DNA from: Candidatus Hadarchaeota archaeon | Lineage (GTDB): Archaea > Hadarchaeota > Hadarchaeia > Hadarchaeales > JAGGTB01 | DNA length: 49,827 nt | Assembly: GCA_964384105.1 (NCBI GenBank) | Contig: CAYLJV010000008.1 | Location: forward strand, 1-49,827 | Direction of reading: 5' to 3' | In this document: positions 1 through 8,637 of the stretch, in pieces | Position numbering within the stretch: the stretch's first letter is position 1 | Layout: the number at the start of each line of letters is the position of its first letter | Notes under the pieces: model-generated | What the model was told of the DNA's origin: nothing | The model's input: the letters and a program-made list of their open reading frames with translations, nothing else | Databases searched by the model: none | Translations under genes and position numbers: made by a program

Positions 1-219
1 AACCCTGGGCGAAACTAGAGACGAGAATCTCCATCAAGATTTACGCAACACAGCACTGAATCCAAAAAATATTAAAAGATAATAAAAAGGAGTTTGATGA
101 GGTGGATTTTCAGTTGAATGTTTTATCCCTGCTTAAAAACACGAATTCTAATTTATCTCCTGATTGTACCTTAGAATCATTTTTTATCCCCAACTACAAA
201 ATATGGAGCGTCGAAAAAA

Positions 220-483
220 ATGCGTAGGGGTAGACTGGAGATCTTAGGCGACATCCTCTCCGCCACGAAAAAACCCTCCACAAAGACAAGGATTGTCTAT
301 CATGCTAACCTAAGTTTCTCTCAAGCGGAAAGATATCTCAAACTTTTAATCAAGGAGGATCTCATCGAATGCGACGAAGAGGGTAAGAACGATAAATATG
401 AAATAACGGAAAAAGGCAGAAAATTCCTCAATGGTTTCCAAGAATTAGAGAACCTAATGGATGATGGAAAGTTTTCAAAGTAA
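220..483 (+). CDS. winged helix-turn-helix transcriptional regulator (ArnR1/HTH_45-like)
   Basis: RRGRLEILGDIL...KTRIVYHANLS...YLKLL...YEITEKG pattern typical of small archaeal wHTH regulators. Confidence 0.85.
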   Translation: MRRGRLEILGDILSATKKPSTKTRIVYHANLSFSQAERYLKLLIKEDLIECDEEGKNDKYEITEKGRKFLNGFQELENLMDDGKFSK

Positions 484-533
484 ACTTCATTCCAATTTTA
501 GAAACTGAATCAATCAAATTTTGAACTTGAAGA

Positions 534-728
534 TTATTTCGCTTTCTTTGCTTCTAACTTCATCAGTTCTCTAGCGAAATCTGTAGGTTGGAAGAAACAC
601 TCGAGTAGACCCATCTTCTCAAGCTGTTTTAAAACCTTTTCAGACTCCCTTAAGTTTAAATTAAGACCACTAGATATTTCTTTGGCATTAATTGGTTTCA
701 ACGTAGACTGAGTTAAAATTTGGCTCAT
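534..728 (-). CDS. small wHTH-like protein; start revised from 851 to ATG 728
   Basis: INAKEISSGLNL..EKVLKQLEKMGLL HTH-like motif; a minus-strand operator and TATA at 843-805 lie inside the longer ORF, favouring the later start; resembles 8405..8626. Confidence 0.55.
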   Translation of the reverse strand: MSQILTQSTLKPINAKEISSGLNLNLRESEKVLKQLEKMGLLECFFQPTDFARELMKLEAKKAK

Positions 729-804
729 TAATTTTGATATTTCCAAATATAAATCTCCCTTAAATTCATTTTTTCTAATCCCCTTACTAAAATTGAGATT
801 TAAG

Positions 805-843
805 CTTTTAAAGCAATGAGAAATTAGATTCTGAACATAATTC
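805..843 (-). promoter_or_regulatory. operator plus TATA for the divergent wHTH gene
   Basis: 821-843 AAAT TAG ATTC T GAAC ATA ATTC, then on the minus strand an 8-bp spacer and TTTAAAAG. Confidence 0.6.
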
Positions 844-878
844 TTATCCATTAACAGGAATTAAATTTATTCTACCCC

Positions 879-919
879 GAATAACATTCTGAATGTAGTT
901 TAGTATTTCTTTTTATTAA
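879..919 (+). promoter_or_regulatory. operator plus TATA of the TasA-like operon
   Basis: 879-901 GAAT AAC ATTC T GAAT GTA GTTT, 8-bp spacer, TTTTTATTAA. Confidence 0.7.
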
Positions 920-1027
920 AAAGAGACAGTGTTATTTTTGGCTGGGCCAATGATTGTAAATTTCCTTAGATATAACTATTTCGAAGTGAATCTGATTTCC
1001 AGTCTCATATCACGCTCACAAAATGAG

Positions 1028-1075
1028 GCCGCCGAGGGGGGGCGGCATATAAATTCCCGAAAATAAGGGGAGGTG
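1028..1075 (+). promoter_or_regulatory. conserved 5'-leader hairpins, copy 1
   Basis: GCCGCC-GAGGGGG-GGCGGC, then a TCCC/GGGA stem overlapping the RBS GGAGGTG. Confidence 0.6.
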
Positions 1076-1084
1076 AAAAACGAA

Positions 1085-1798
1085 ATGATTAATTCAAAAA
1101 TCTTGGGAAGCATGATGGTCATGGGAATCGCAATAGTTCTAGCAGGTGCTGGAACTATGGCATATTTCAGCGATACTGAAACGAGCAGTGGTAACAACTT
1201 CACAGCTGGACAACTCGATCTTATGATCGACTTCGATGGTTACTACAATATGTATCCACTCGATGGAGAACCAAACGCCGGTTCATGGATGTATAAGGAC
1301 TTAGTAGAAGGTGATAAATTCTTTGACTTCGACGACATCAAGCCAGGTGACTGGGGAGAAGGAACAATCAGTATTCACGTCTACGATAATCCAGCCCTTT
1401 TATGGATTACAGCCGACAATATAATGGATAACGAAAATGGTATGAACGAGCCAGAAAATGAAGTTGATGACACACCTGAAGAAGGTGAGTTGTCTCAAAA
1501 TATACTGTTCACCATATGGGTGGACTGTGACGGAAGTAATACTTTAGACGAAGGAGAAGTTGTTCTTTGTGAAGGTGAACCACTAGCTACAGCTGAGGTA
1601 GGTCCAGTTTACATAGAAAACTGCACTGATTACTACTTAGGAGTAATGTGGGAAGTTCCATGGGACACGGGAAACATAATACAGAGTGATAGCGTGACGT
1701 TTGACATTACATTCTATGCCGAACAGGCAAGACACAACCCAGACATGGAAATTGCCGAAAATGTACCTTGCAACGGAGAACCAGTTATCGACTTATAA
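1085..1798 (+). CDS. TasA/CalY-like fibre subunit with SipW-cognate signal peptide (probable major pilin)
   Basis: GAGTMA|YFSDTETSSGNNFTAGQLDL signal/donor strand; DIKPGDWGE and GNIIQSDS TasA-family motifs; RBS favours ATG 1085. Confidence 0.85.
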   Translation: MINSKILGSMMVMGIAIVLAGAGTMAYFSDTETSSGNNFTAGQLDLMIDFDGYYNMYPLDGEPNAGSWMYKDLVEGDKFFDFDDIKPGDWGEGTISIHVYDNPALLWITADNIMDNENGMNEPENEVDDTPEEGELSQNILFTIWVDCDGSNTLDEGEVVLCEGEPLATAEVGPVYIENCTDYYLGVMWEVPWDTGNIIQSDSVTFDITFYAEQARHNPDMEIAENVPCNGEPVIDL

Positions 1799-1822
1799 AC
1801 GACGTTAATCAATCGGTAGAAA

Positions 1823-3343
1823 ATGAGAAGAGCACTTTTTTCAATAATGCTGATAGGTATCGTGGCGGTGGGAGCCACCGTTGGTGGACTTGCTGCCTTC
1901 CACGATACTGAATCCAGCAAAGGAAACACATTCCAAGCAGGTGACTTAGATCTAAAGATAGACTGGGAAACCTCTTACAACGGAAGCGAACCAGTAATAA
2001 CATCGTGGAACGACCTAGATGCAAGCGGAGATGGACCAATATTCAACTTCACCGACGTTAAACCGGGTGACTGGGGAGAAACAACCATAAGCGTACACGT
2101 CTTCACTAACGACGCGTGGGTTTGTGGAGAAATCGTCCCATACTCATACGATGACGTAAGCAGTAACGAACCCGAACTTCTAGTGGACGACAACAACATA
2201 GAAAATGATCAATGGGACGGTGAACTCGCTCAGAATTTGGATATAACGATCTGGCTAGAGAACGATGGAAACAACGAATATAACGACGATACGGACAGAC
2301 AACTGTTCTCAGGTAAATTTAGCGAACTCGACATTCCATTCTACTTCAACATGGATCAAAACCTCAACCCGGACGATGGCATACAGCCACTAATCGGGTG
2401 TGAGAACTATTATGTTGGCGTAAGCTGGAGTATCGATTCATCAGTTGGTAACGAGATTCAATCGGACGAGATAATGTTCGATATAATCTTTGACGCATAC
2501 CAGTACAGGCACCAAGAAGACAACAATCCATGTGTTCCTTGTGTAGACATAGAGGAGCTTTACTTGAGTGATTCTGGATACCCCAACAATGATGGTGGGG
2601 GAACCGAACTTTACTCAGTAACACTCGATGATACTGATAACAAGGCTTACTTAACATGGCTTGGACATCTGCCCGCAACGAACTTTGATGTAGTGGCAGC
2701 CTTAGCTTGTTCGAAAGACTTTGAGGAGCTTTACGCGATAGACATGGTCTCGAAGCACTTGGGAATCTTCAATCTCGGCACGAGTACTTTCGCCGACATG
2801 GGTGTAATCTCAGGTCTTCCAGATGGTGTGGTACTGGCATCATTCTCGCCATTCGATGACAATCTATACATAGCAAGCATGAGTACTGACGAGTTGTTTA
2901 CTCTAAATGTTGATAGTTTAGCTTTGAACAACCTAGGCACTATTACAAAGGAAGGCACGGCTGAGTCCCTCAACATCTGGGGGGCAGACATAGTCTTCGG
3001 TGCTGACGGAACACTCTACATTTGGATAAACGAAGCACCAACTACACCATCAGAACTAGGAGTATGGGCTGTAGACATTTCAACAATGACTGCCGAGCAC
3101 AGGGGAACACCCGAGAATGCTTTAGAGTTCAGTGGACTAGCAATCAGAGCCGGTGGTACTGGTGACTTAGTCGGTTCTGTAAAAGGCTGGTATCTAGATG
3201 ATCCAGTGCCGGAGAGATCCGCCATCTGGACTGTGGATCCAACTGACTCCACAATAGGAAAGAAGTACCCAACCTACCTCGACAATGACGAACGCCACAC
3301 ACTAGGAAACGGAGACATGGCAGTTGGTACCATATGCCGATAA
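1823..3343 (+). CDS. TasA-like subunit with C-terminal beta-propeller-like domain
   Basis: GGLA|AFHDTESSKGNTFQAGDLDL, DVKPGDWGE, GNEIQSD; C-terminal repeats (ALACSKD..LYAI, SFSPFDDNLYIA, DIVFGADGTLYI) resemble propeller blades. Confidence 0.8.
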   Translation: MRRALFSIMLIGIVAVGATVGGLAAFHDTESSKGNTFQAGDLDLKIDWETSYNGSEPVITSWNDLDASGDGPIFNFTDVKPGDWGETTISVHVFTNDAWVCGEIVPYSYDDVSSNEPELLVDDNNIENDQWDGELAQNLDITIWLENDGNNEYNDDTDRQLFSGKFSELDIPFYFNMDQNLNPDDGIQPLIGCENYYVGVSWSIDSSVGNEIQSDEIMFDIIFDAYQYRHQEDNNPCVPCVDIEELYLSDSGYPNNDGGGTELYSVTLDDTDNKAYLTWLGHLPATNFDVVAALACSKDFEELYAIDMVSKHLGIFNLGTSTFADMGVISGLPDGVVLASFSPFDDNLYIASMSTDELFTLNVDSLALNNLGTITKEGTAESLNIWGADIVFGADGTLYIWINEAPTTPSELGVWAVDISTMTAEHRGTPENALEFSGLAIRAGGTGDLVGSVKGWYLDDPVPERSAIWTVDPTDSTIGKKYPTYLDNDERHTLGNGDMAVGTICR

Positions 3344-3373
3344 GCGAATAAAGTAAAACACCAAAACAACATT

Positions 3374-3395
3374 CCTTTCTTTATTTTTTATTTTT
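3374..3395 (+). terminator. oligo-T terminator
   Basis: T-rich run directly after the 1823..3343 stop. Confidence 0.5.
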
Positions 3396-3435
3396 AATCG
3401 CCCGGTCAGGGCAAATCAGAAGTCGCGATCAAAGA

Positions 3436-3479
3436 GCCGCTGAAGAGGGGCGGGATAAAAATACTTCAAAAAAAGGAGT
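3436..3479 (+). promoter_or_regulatory. conserved 5'-leader hairpins, copy 2
   Basis: CCGCT-GAAGAGG-GGCGG, then an ACTTC/GGAGT stem over the RBS. Confidence 0.55.
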
Positions 3480-3489
3480 TGAAAAAAAG

Positions 3490-4035
3490 ATGAGAACAAA
3501 AGCAATAGTCGGCTTGATGATCCTGGGAGTAACCATATTCCTAGTCAGTACAAGCAGCATGGCTTACTTCCACGATACCGAAATCGGAAAAAACAATTTC
3601 TTCGGGGTTGGAACCTGGGGTGGTACCGAAACCGCATGGGCAGGATCTGATAATACACCCGAAGTAAACCCAGACGGATGGACATGGTTCGGCACAGGAT
3701 GGGGTGGGTACTTCCCTTACAATCCAGAAGATGGGATTACACTAGTTCCCTTAATCGCTGCCAGAAACATACCCGTTGGGGAATTACTCATAGACTTCGA
3801 TGATACAGATAATACCCTATTAGTTGAATTCTTTGTCGAGGAAAATTTCTACCTAACAGAAACACACCTTCATGTAGGAACAACAATCCCCGGCTCCGCA
3901 CCTGGATTATACCCCCTAGGAGACGATGAACTACCTGAGGGAACCTGGCATAAATCCTATGAAATAGACTTAGGATCCAATCCAGAAAACCAATACATAG
4001 CCGCACATGCAGTCGTTTATTCCGACAACTGGTAA
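3490..4035 (+). CDS. SipW-cognate signal peptide protein with non-TasA beta domain (possible tip subunit)
   Basis: SSMA|YFHDTEIGKNNFFGVGTW; lacks the xKPGD and GNxIQ core motifs. Confidence 0.75.
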   Translation: MRTKAIVGLMILGVTIFLVSTSSMAYFHDTEIGKNNFFGVGTWGGTETAWAGSDNTPEVNPDGWTWFGTGWGGYFPYNPEDGITLVPLIAARNIPVGELLIDFDDTDNTLLVEFFVEENFYLTETHLHVGTTIPGSAPGLYPLGDDELPEGTWHKSYEIDLGSNPENQYIAAHAVVYSDNW

Positions 4036-4207
4036 ATCCGATAATATTTCAAACGGATAGACCAGTTGTCAAGGAATAAAAAGAGTTAGATATGCTCTAG
4101 CAGGCACAGGGAGAGATTTTTAACTCTCCTACTAATATTAACTATTTCAATTTTAGAGAACATAGGAACATTGATTTACAATTACTGAATAAGAATCAAG
4201 CGAAAAA

Positions 4208-4651
4208 ATGAACGCTAAAGACAAGCTCATCTATGGATCTATCATTGCCCTTTTTTGCACCCTACTTATCCTATACATTGCCCCGATTCACTTCATAGTG
4301 GTAAGAGGACACAGCATGGAACCTACTATAGATGATGGTGAAATCGTTGTCTTATTACCAGTGGATAAAAACGATATCCAAACTGGAGATATAATCGCCT
4401 TTAGACATGGAGAAAAGCAAATCATTCACAGAGTCGTAAATTTCGAGAACGGGATGATAATAACGAAAGGAGATAATCTACCAGCCACAGATCCCTATCT
4501 CATTTCTAAATCCGATGTAGTAGGAAGATATGCCACAGAAATACCCTATCTGGGATTAGTGGTTCAATACGGAAGATCCCCCCTTATCTACATATTCCTG
4601 ATTTTAGTTCCGGCCGCTTTGCTAATTTACAGCGAAATCAGAAGGATTTGA
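4208..4651 (+). CDS. sipW: signal peptidase I, SipW/ER type
   Basis: GHSMEP, GDIIAF, IIHRV, TKGDN Ser-His-Asp motifs; N- and C-terminal TM helices. Confidence 0.9.
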   Translation: MNAKDKLIYGSIIALFCTLLILYIAPIHFIVVRGHSMEPTIDDGEIVVLLPVDKNDIQTGDIIAFRHGEKQIIHRVVNFENGMIITKGDNLPATDPYLISKSDVVGRYATEIPYLGLVVQYGRSPLIYIFLILVPAALLIYSEIRRI

Positions 4652-4668
4652 ATAAAGAAAATGAAACA

Positions 4669-4708
4669 GAAAAATATTCTGAGTTCAATTACTCCCTCAC
4701 TTATATTC
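4669..4708 (+). promoter_or_regulatory. degenerate operator plus TATA upstream of the second sipW
   Basis: 4669-4691 GAAA AAT ATTC T GAGT TCA ATTA, 8-bp spacer, CTTATATT. Confidence 0.45.
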
Positions 4709-4810
4709 AGAACTTATTAAACATACAAAAGGGAATCTAGGTGGAAAATATAATCTATTCAATCAGGTTTTTGAATCTCACACCGCGGATAAAGAGGACG
4801 GATCCTTCAA

Positions 4811-5761
4811 ATGAATAAGAAAGATGCCTTAGTTGCCGGAGTCGTTATAGTAATAATTGCCGGACTTGGGCCACCATTGATCTCAGGATCTCTACAGCCT
4901 TTGATAGTACTAAGTGGAAGCATGCAGCCGATAATGAATCCTGGAGATACGGTAATCATTAGAGAAACATCTCCTACAGAGATTAAAAGAGGAGATATAA
5001 TTGCATTTGACGACCCATCCGGAAGGTCAAATGTCTTGATAACCCATAGGGTAATCAACGTAAATAGCAATGAAGATAACCTATCTTTTAAAACAAAAGG
5101 CGATGCTTCAGAAGACCCGGACCCATTCGTTGTCAGTAGAGAAGATGTGGTCGGAAGAGCTGTATTTTCTATTCCCTATTTAGGCTACCTCTTCCACTAC
5201 GGGAGTCACCCCATCGTTCTAGTCTTGCTTATACTAATTCCTTCAATTCTGATAATCCTCAGCGAAATTCGAAAAATCAGCGAATACACGGACCCGATTA
5301 AGATACGAAAGAAGGAAAGAGAGGATAGAAAAAGTGGGAGTAGAACAAAGAGGATAAAAATAAATTATAAAAAATCAAGATTGTTAGGAATTCTGATCAT
5401 AAGCTTCCTGATATTCGGAATACTCTCCATCCCAACCTTGCAAAAGAGCGGAGAAAACACTACAGCTAGATTTTCTGGGGGGGATCTTTCTACCACCCTA
5501 GTTTATATGGAAGAAGAAAATCAGATACCACAATACAATATAATATCAAAAGGGGAGAATATTAGCCTGGAAAACAACCAGATGCACATGGTATCCGCCG
5601 CACCTCACATAATTCCCACATTCATGGTTGCCATTCTAGCGGAAGCAAATCCAAAATTACCGTCATTATTCACCCTCCTAGTACCACCCATATTCCTGAC
5701 ATTTCTACTATATCCCGTGTGGAGAAGACCTTCTAAAAGAGGAAAATCCAAAAGAAGATAA
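4811..5761 (+). CDS. sipW: signal peptidase I, SipW type, with C-terminal membrane extension
   Basis: SGSMQP, GDIIAF, ITHRV, TKGDA; extra domain of about 150 aa with TM segments. Confidence 0.88.
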   Translation: MNKKDALVAGVVIVIIAGLGPPLISGSLQPLIVLSGSMQPIMNPGDTVIIRETSPTEIKRGDIIAFDDPSGRSNVLITHRVINVNSNEDNLSFKTKGDASEDPDPFVVSREDVVGRAVFSIPYLGYLFHYGSHPIVLVLLILIPSILIILSEIRKISEYTDPIKIRKKEREDRKSGSRTKRIKINYKKSRLLGILIISFLIFGILSIPTLQKSGENTTARFSGGDLSTTLVYMEEENQIPQYNIISKGENISLENNQMHMVSAAPHIIPTFMVAILAEANPKLPSLFTLLVPPIFLTFLLYPVWRRPSKRGKSKRR

Positions 5762-5778
5762 AAATGGTTAATGAACCC

Positions 5779-5817
5779 GAATATTTTTCTGAACTACGTT
5801 TCCTGATACTTTTAAAC
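5779..5817 (+). promoter_or_regulatory. operator plus TATA
   Basis: 5779-5801 GAAT ATT TTTC T GAAC TAC GTTT, 8-bp spacer, TTTTAAA. Confidence 0.7.
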
Positions 5818-5876
5818 CTATTAAGCATTAAAATACATAGAAAGTTAGGAAAAATCTTCTCAGGATTTATGATATA

Positions 5877-6896
5877 ATGAATTACCAAGTAGCTTCTGCG
5901 ATTTCAAAGTACTACATCGTTTTTGCCGTAATATTAATTGCATTAGCTGGTATAGGAGGCTTCTGGCTTTATCAGAACTCCCAAACGGAGCTAGCAACCA
6001 GAAACGTGAAGCAAACAGCTTATATTTACGAAGGAGGGTTTCAGCATAGCGCAGAGGTTACCGAACCGAACGAGCTATGGCAAGTCGGTGCTATTCTAAA
6101 CAACCGACCAGCTTATTTCCTTTCGATCACTCCCGAGCTTGAAACAAACTTTAGGTTCAATCTTTACCAAGCCTCTGCTGTACAAGCAGATGCGAGAGTA
6201 GATACTGAGCTAGTAATATCTACAGTTCGCGATCAGATGGAATACTGGAAGGAAACCCGATATCTGGAAGGAGACGTTTTTTCTCTTCAAGAAAGATCTT
6301 CTACATTAAACATAACTCTCAATCTCCCTCAGATAAAAGAGAGAATTGAGAATATACAGGAAAACATCGGATATCGAGGTGGATCCACGAACGTTAAACT
6401 CATATCTACCGTCGAAATAGATGGTAGAATAGAGGGGAATGACGTCGAAATTAGCGAAACTTATGAAATGCCCCTCAATCTAGGTGAAACTATAGTTACC
6501 TTGTCGCCTAATATTTCACGTACACAAGAGGTCACTGAAACGATAACGAGAGAAGTTGAAGTTAAACCCACTCTATTCGAGAGATTATATCCCTCAATAC
6601 TCTTGGCAGCCAGTTTGATTGCGCTAGGCTTCGTTACACTAGAAAAAAGAAGAATCAATGAATCCGAACTAACACTGCTCAAAAAACAGCAGGAATTAAA
6701 CGAGTTCAAAGAGTGGATCTCCCGGGGTAAACTACCCGAAATAGACTCAAAAACCACCGTAAAAATGAACTCGCTGGAAGATCTCGTAGACACATCAGTA
6801 GACATGAACAGAAGAGTTATCTACGACGAAGAAAGGAACATTCACTTCTTCATACATGAAAACTACCTTTACACTTATGAACCGGAGGAGTACTAA
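5877..6896 (+). CDS. DUF5305-like membrane protein
   Basis: two TM helices; HSAEVTEPNELW, NRPAYF, EWISRG and SLEDLVDTSVDMNRRVIYD motifs; family typically found beside archaeal sipW. Confidence 0.7.
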   Translation: MNYQVASAISKYYIVFAVILIALAGIGGFWLYQNSQTELATRNVKQTAYIYEGGFQHSAEVTEPNELWQVGAILNNRPAYFLSITPELETNFRFNLYQASAVQADARVDTELVISTVRDQMEYWKETRYLEGDVFSLQERSSTLNITLNLPQIKERIENIQENIGYRGGSTNVKLISTVEIDGRIEGNDVEISETYEMPLNLGETIVTLSPNISRTQEVTETITREVEVKPTLFERLYPSILLAASLIALGFVTLEKRRINESELTLLKKQQELNEFKEWISRGKLPEIDSKTTVKMNSLEDLVDTSVDMNRRVIYDEERNIHFFIHENYLYTYEPEEY

Positions 6897-6903
6897 AGGG
6901 TAA

Positions 6904-6941
6904 GAATAAACTTCTGAACTACATTCCTTATCCTTTTAAGA
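6904..6941 (+). promoter_or_regulatory. operator plus TATA
   Basis: 6904-6926 GAAT AAA CTTC T GAAC TAC ATTC, 7-bp spacer, TTTTAAG. Confidence 0.7.
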
Positions 6942-7047
6942 ACCATGTTTTGGAATATAAAACTGGAAATCCTGGAAAATGGAAGTTAAAGCATAATATG
7001 ATATTATTTTAACTTTAAACGAGATAAAACAGAAAGGATAACAAAAA

Positions 7048-8370
7048 ATGATGAAAAACGTACCGCTTGCTCTTTTAATAATCGGTTTGGCGGCCGCCGG
7101 ACTAGGTACGGGTACCTACGCCATCACAAATGGCGATAACGGAGAAGATCTCCTACTGGAACTCGATTCGACAGATGAAAACTTCACTGTAACAACACAG
7201 GAAATAAATTGGACGGGAAGCTCTGTAATAAACCTAGAAGATATGAAACCCGGCGACACGGGAGATTTCGATGGAACCATTCAAAATAGCGGAGCAAACA
7301 GCGGAAACGTGTACTTTATTTTGAATATAACGAGCAATCTCGAGGGCAGTTGCCCCGAACCCGAGATGGTTGCTGAAGATGGCGATTGCGGGGAAAACGG
7401 GGAACTACCTTCAAATCTCAAAGTAAAGATCAGTTACGACAAAAACGGTGACGGAAATCTCGAAACCGTTCAAGATTGGACACATCTGTCTGATATTGAC
7501 AATACCCAGCTCTACTTCGGAACTATTTCCCCGGAGACCACAAGAAGCTGGGAATTAAGCTACAAGATCGAGCCCTGGGTTGGTAATATAATACAAGGAG
7601 ACATCTGTGAGTTCTCCATGACCGTTGGATTCTCGGAAACCGAACCAACAAGCCCCACCGGAACCACAACTACTACCAATAGGCCACCCTACGCAGACGC
7701 TAACGGCCCTTACGCCGTGAACGAGGGTGAGACTATTCTACTGGATGGATTCGGAAGCTGGGACCCCAATGGGGACATCCTAACCTACAACTGGTCTATT
7801 ACCGGGGATCCAACGGGTGCAGCGAGCTTGACTAACACTAGTTCAGAAACTCCAACATTCCACGCACCAACAGTTGACACCGACACGAACGTCACAGTCG
7901 AGTTAACCGTGAATGACGGCCATGGACACAGCGACACTGACACTGCTACAGTCACCGTGAGGGACATCGCCTCACCATCATCGGCCGAGTTCAGTATCGA
8001 AGACTTCACCATAACTCCAAACCCCGCCAACGTCGACGAAACAATCACAGTCTCCTTCAGAATCACAAACACGAGTGGTGTAACCGGTGATTTCACTGCG
8101 GGACTCTCGATAAACGGAGAACCTGTAGACAGCAAAACGGAGAGTTTCGATCCGGGGGACAGCAGGATGATGTCCTTCGAGGTAACAATAAGCGAACCCG
8201 GAACCTACGAGATTGACGTCAACGGAACCAAGGGAACTCTGGAAGTTACCGCACCGCCAACGCCCTTCCCAACACTCTCGGTGCTGGCAATAGTACTGAT
8301 AATCCTCTTATTAATCCTGATAGGAGCGTACTACAGAAAAAAGAGGCGAGAAGCGGCAAGTTCCTCGTAG
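7048..8370 (+). CDS. membrane-anchored TasA-like protein (TasA domain, Thr linker, PKD-like, CARDB-like, C-terminal TM plus basic tail)
   Basis: GTGTYA signal; DMKPGD, GNIIQGD; NRPPYADANGPY..SWDPNGDILTYNW PKD motif; TM followed by YYRKKRR. Confidence 0.8.
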   Translation: MMKNVPLALLIIGLAAAGLGTGTYAITNGDNGEDLLLELDSTDENFTVTTQEINWTGSSVINLEDMKPGDTGDFDGTIQNSGANSGNVYFILNITSNLEGSCPEPEMVAEDGDCGENGELPSNLKVKISYDKNGDGNLETVQDWTHLSDIDNTQLYFGTISPETTRSWELSYKIEPWVGNIIQGDICEFSMTVGFSETEPTSPTGTTTTTNRPPYADANGPYAVNEGETILLDGFGSWDPNGDILTYNWSITGDPTGAASLTNTSSETPTFHAPTVDTDTNVTVELTVNDGHGHSDTDTATVTVRDIASPSSAEFSIEDFTITPNPANVDETITVSFRITNTSGVTGDFTAGLSINGEPVDSKTESFDPGDSRMMSFEVTISEPGTYEIDVNGTKGTLEVTAPPTPFPTLSVLAIVLIILLLILIGAYYRKKRREAASSS

Positions 8371-8404
8371 GTAAAAAACAGAGAATACAGGAGGTCATTC
8401 AGCG

Positions 8405-8626
8405 ATGACCAAAAATGGAAGAAAGTGTAAATTGCTAAAATCAGTAGAAAAAATAATTTCGCACACAGCAAATGCGAGGTCGATAGACACCCATGAAATC
8501 CGCGATCTAACCGACCTAGAAATAAGTAGCATAAAGAAAATTATCCCAATACTCATTGGAATGGGACTACTACAGGATTCATTAACACCAACTGAGCTGG
8601 GTCTATTTATCATAGGACAAGTCTAA
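8405..8626 (+). CDS. small wHTH-like protein
   Basis: GGAGG RBS; IDTHEI..LIGMGLL..PT parallels the 534..728 product. Confidence 0.5.
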   Translation: MTKNGRKCKLLKSVEKIISHTANARSIDTHEIRDLTDLEISSIKKIIPILIGMGLLQDSLTPTELGLFIIGQV

Positions 8627-8637
8627 AACACTGTAAT

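Noticed and set aside
1-219. Possible partial ORF at the window start and a weak operator-like sequence at 150-172
   Set aside because: No recognisable protein; too many mismatches to the operator consensus
729-851. N-terminal 41 codons of ORF 534..851
   Set aside because: Overlaps a predicted operator and TATA; probably promoter/UTR
879-901. Resemblance of the operator to the LexA/Cheo box
   Set aside because: Spacer is N3 rather than N4, the host is archaeal and the targets are not SOS genes
3400-3455. AGGGCAAA resembling the c-di-GMP-I riboswitch and GCCGCTGAA resembling ydaO
   Set aside because: The remaining consensus (GNRA/receptor, GACGCAAAGC, ydaO core) is absent
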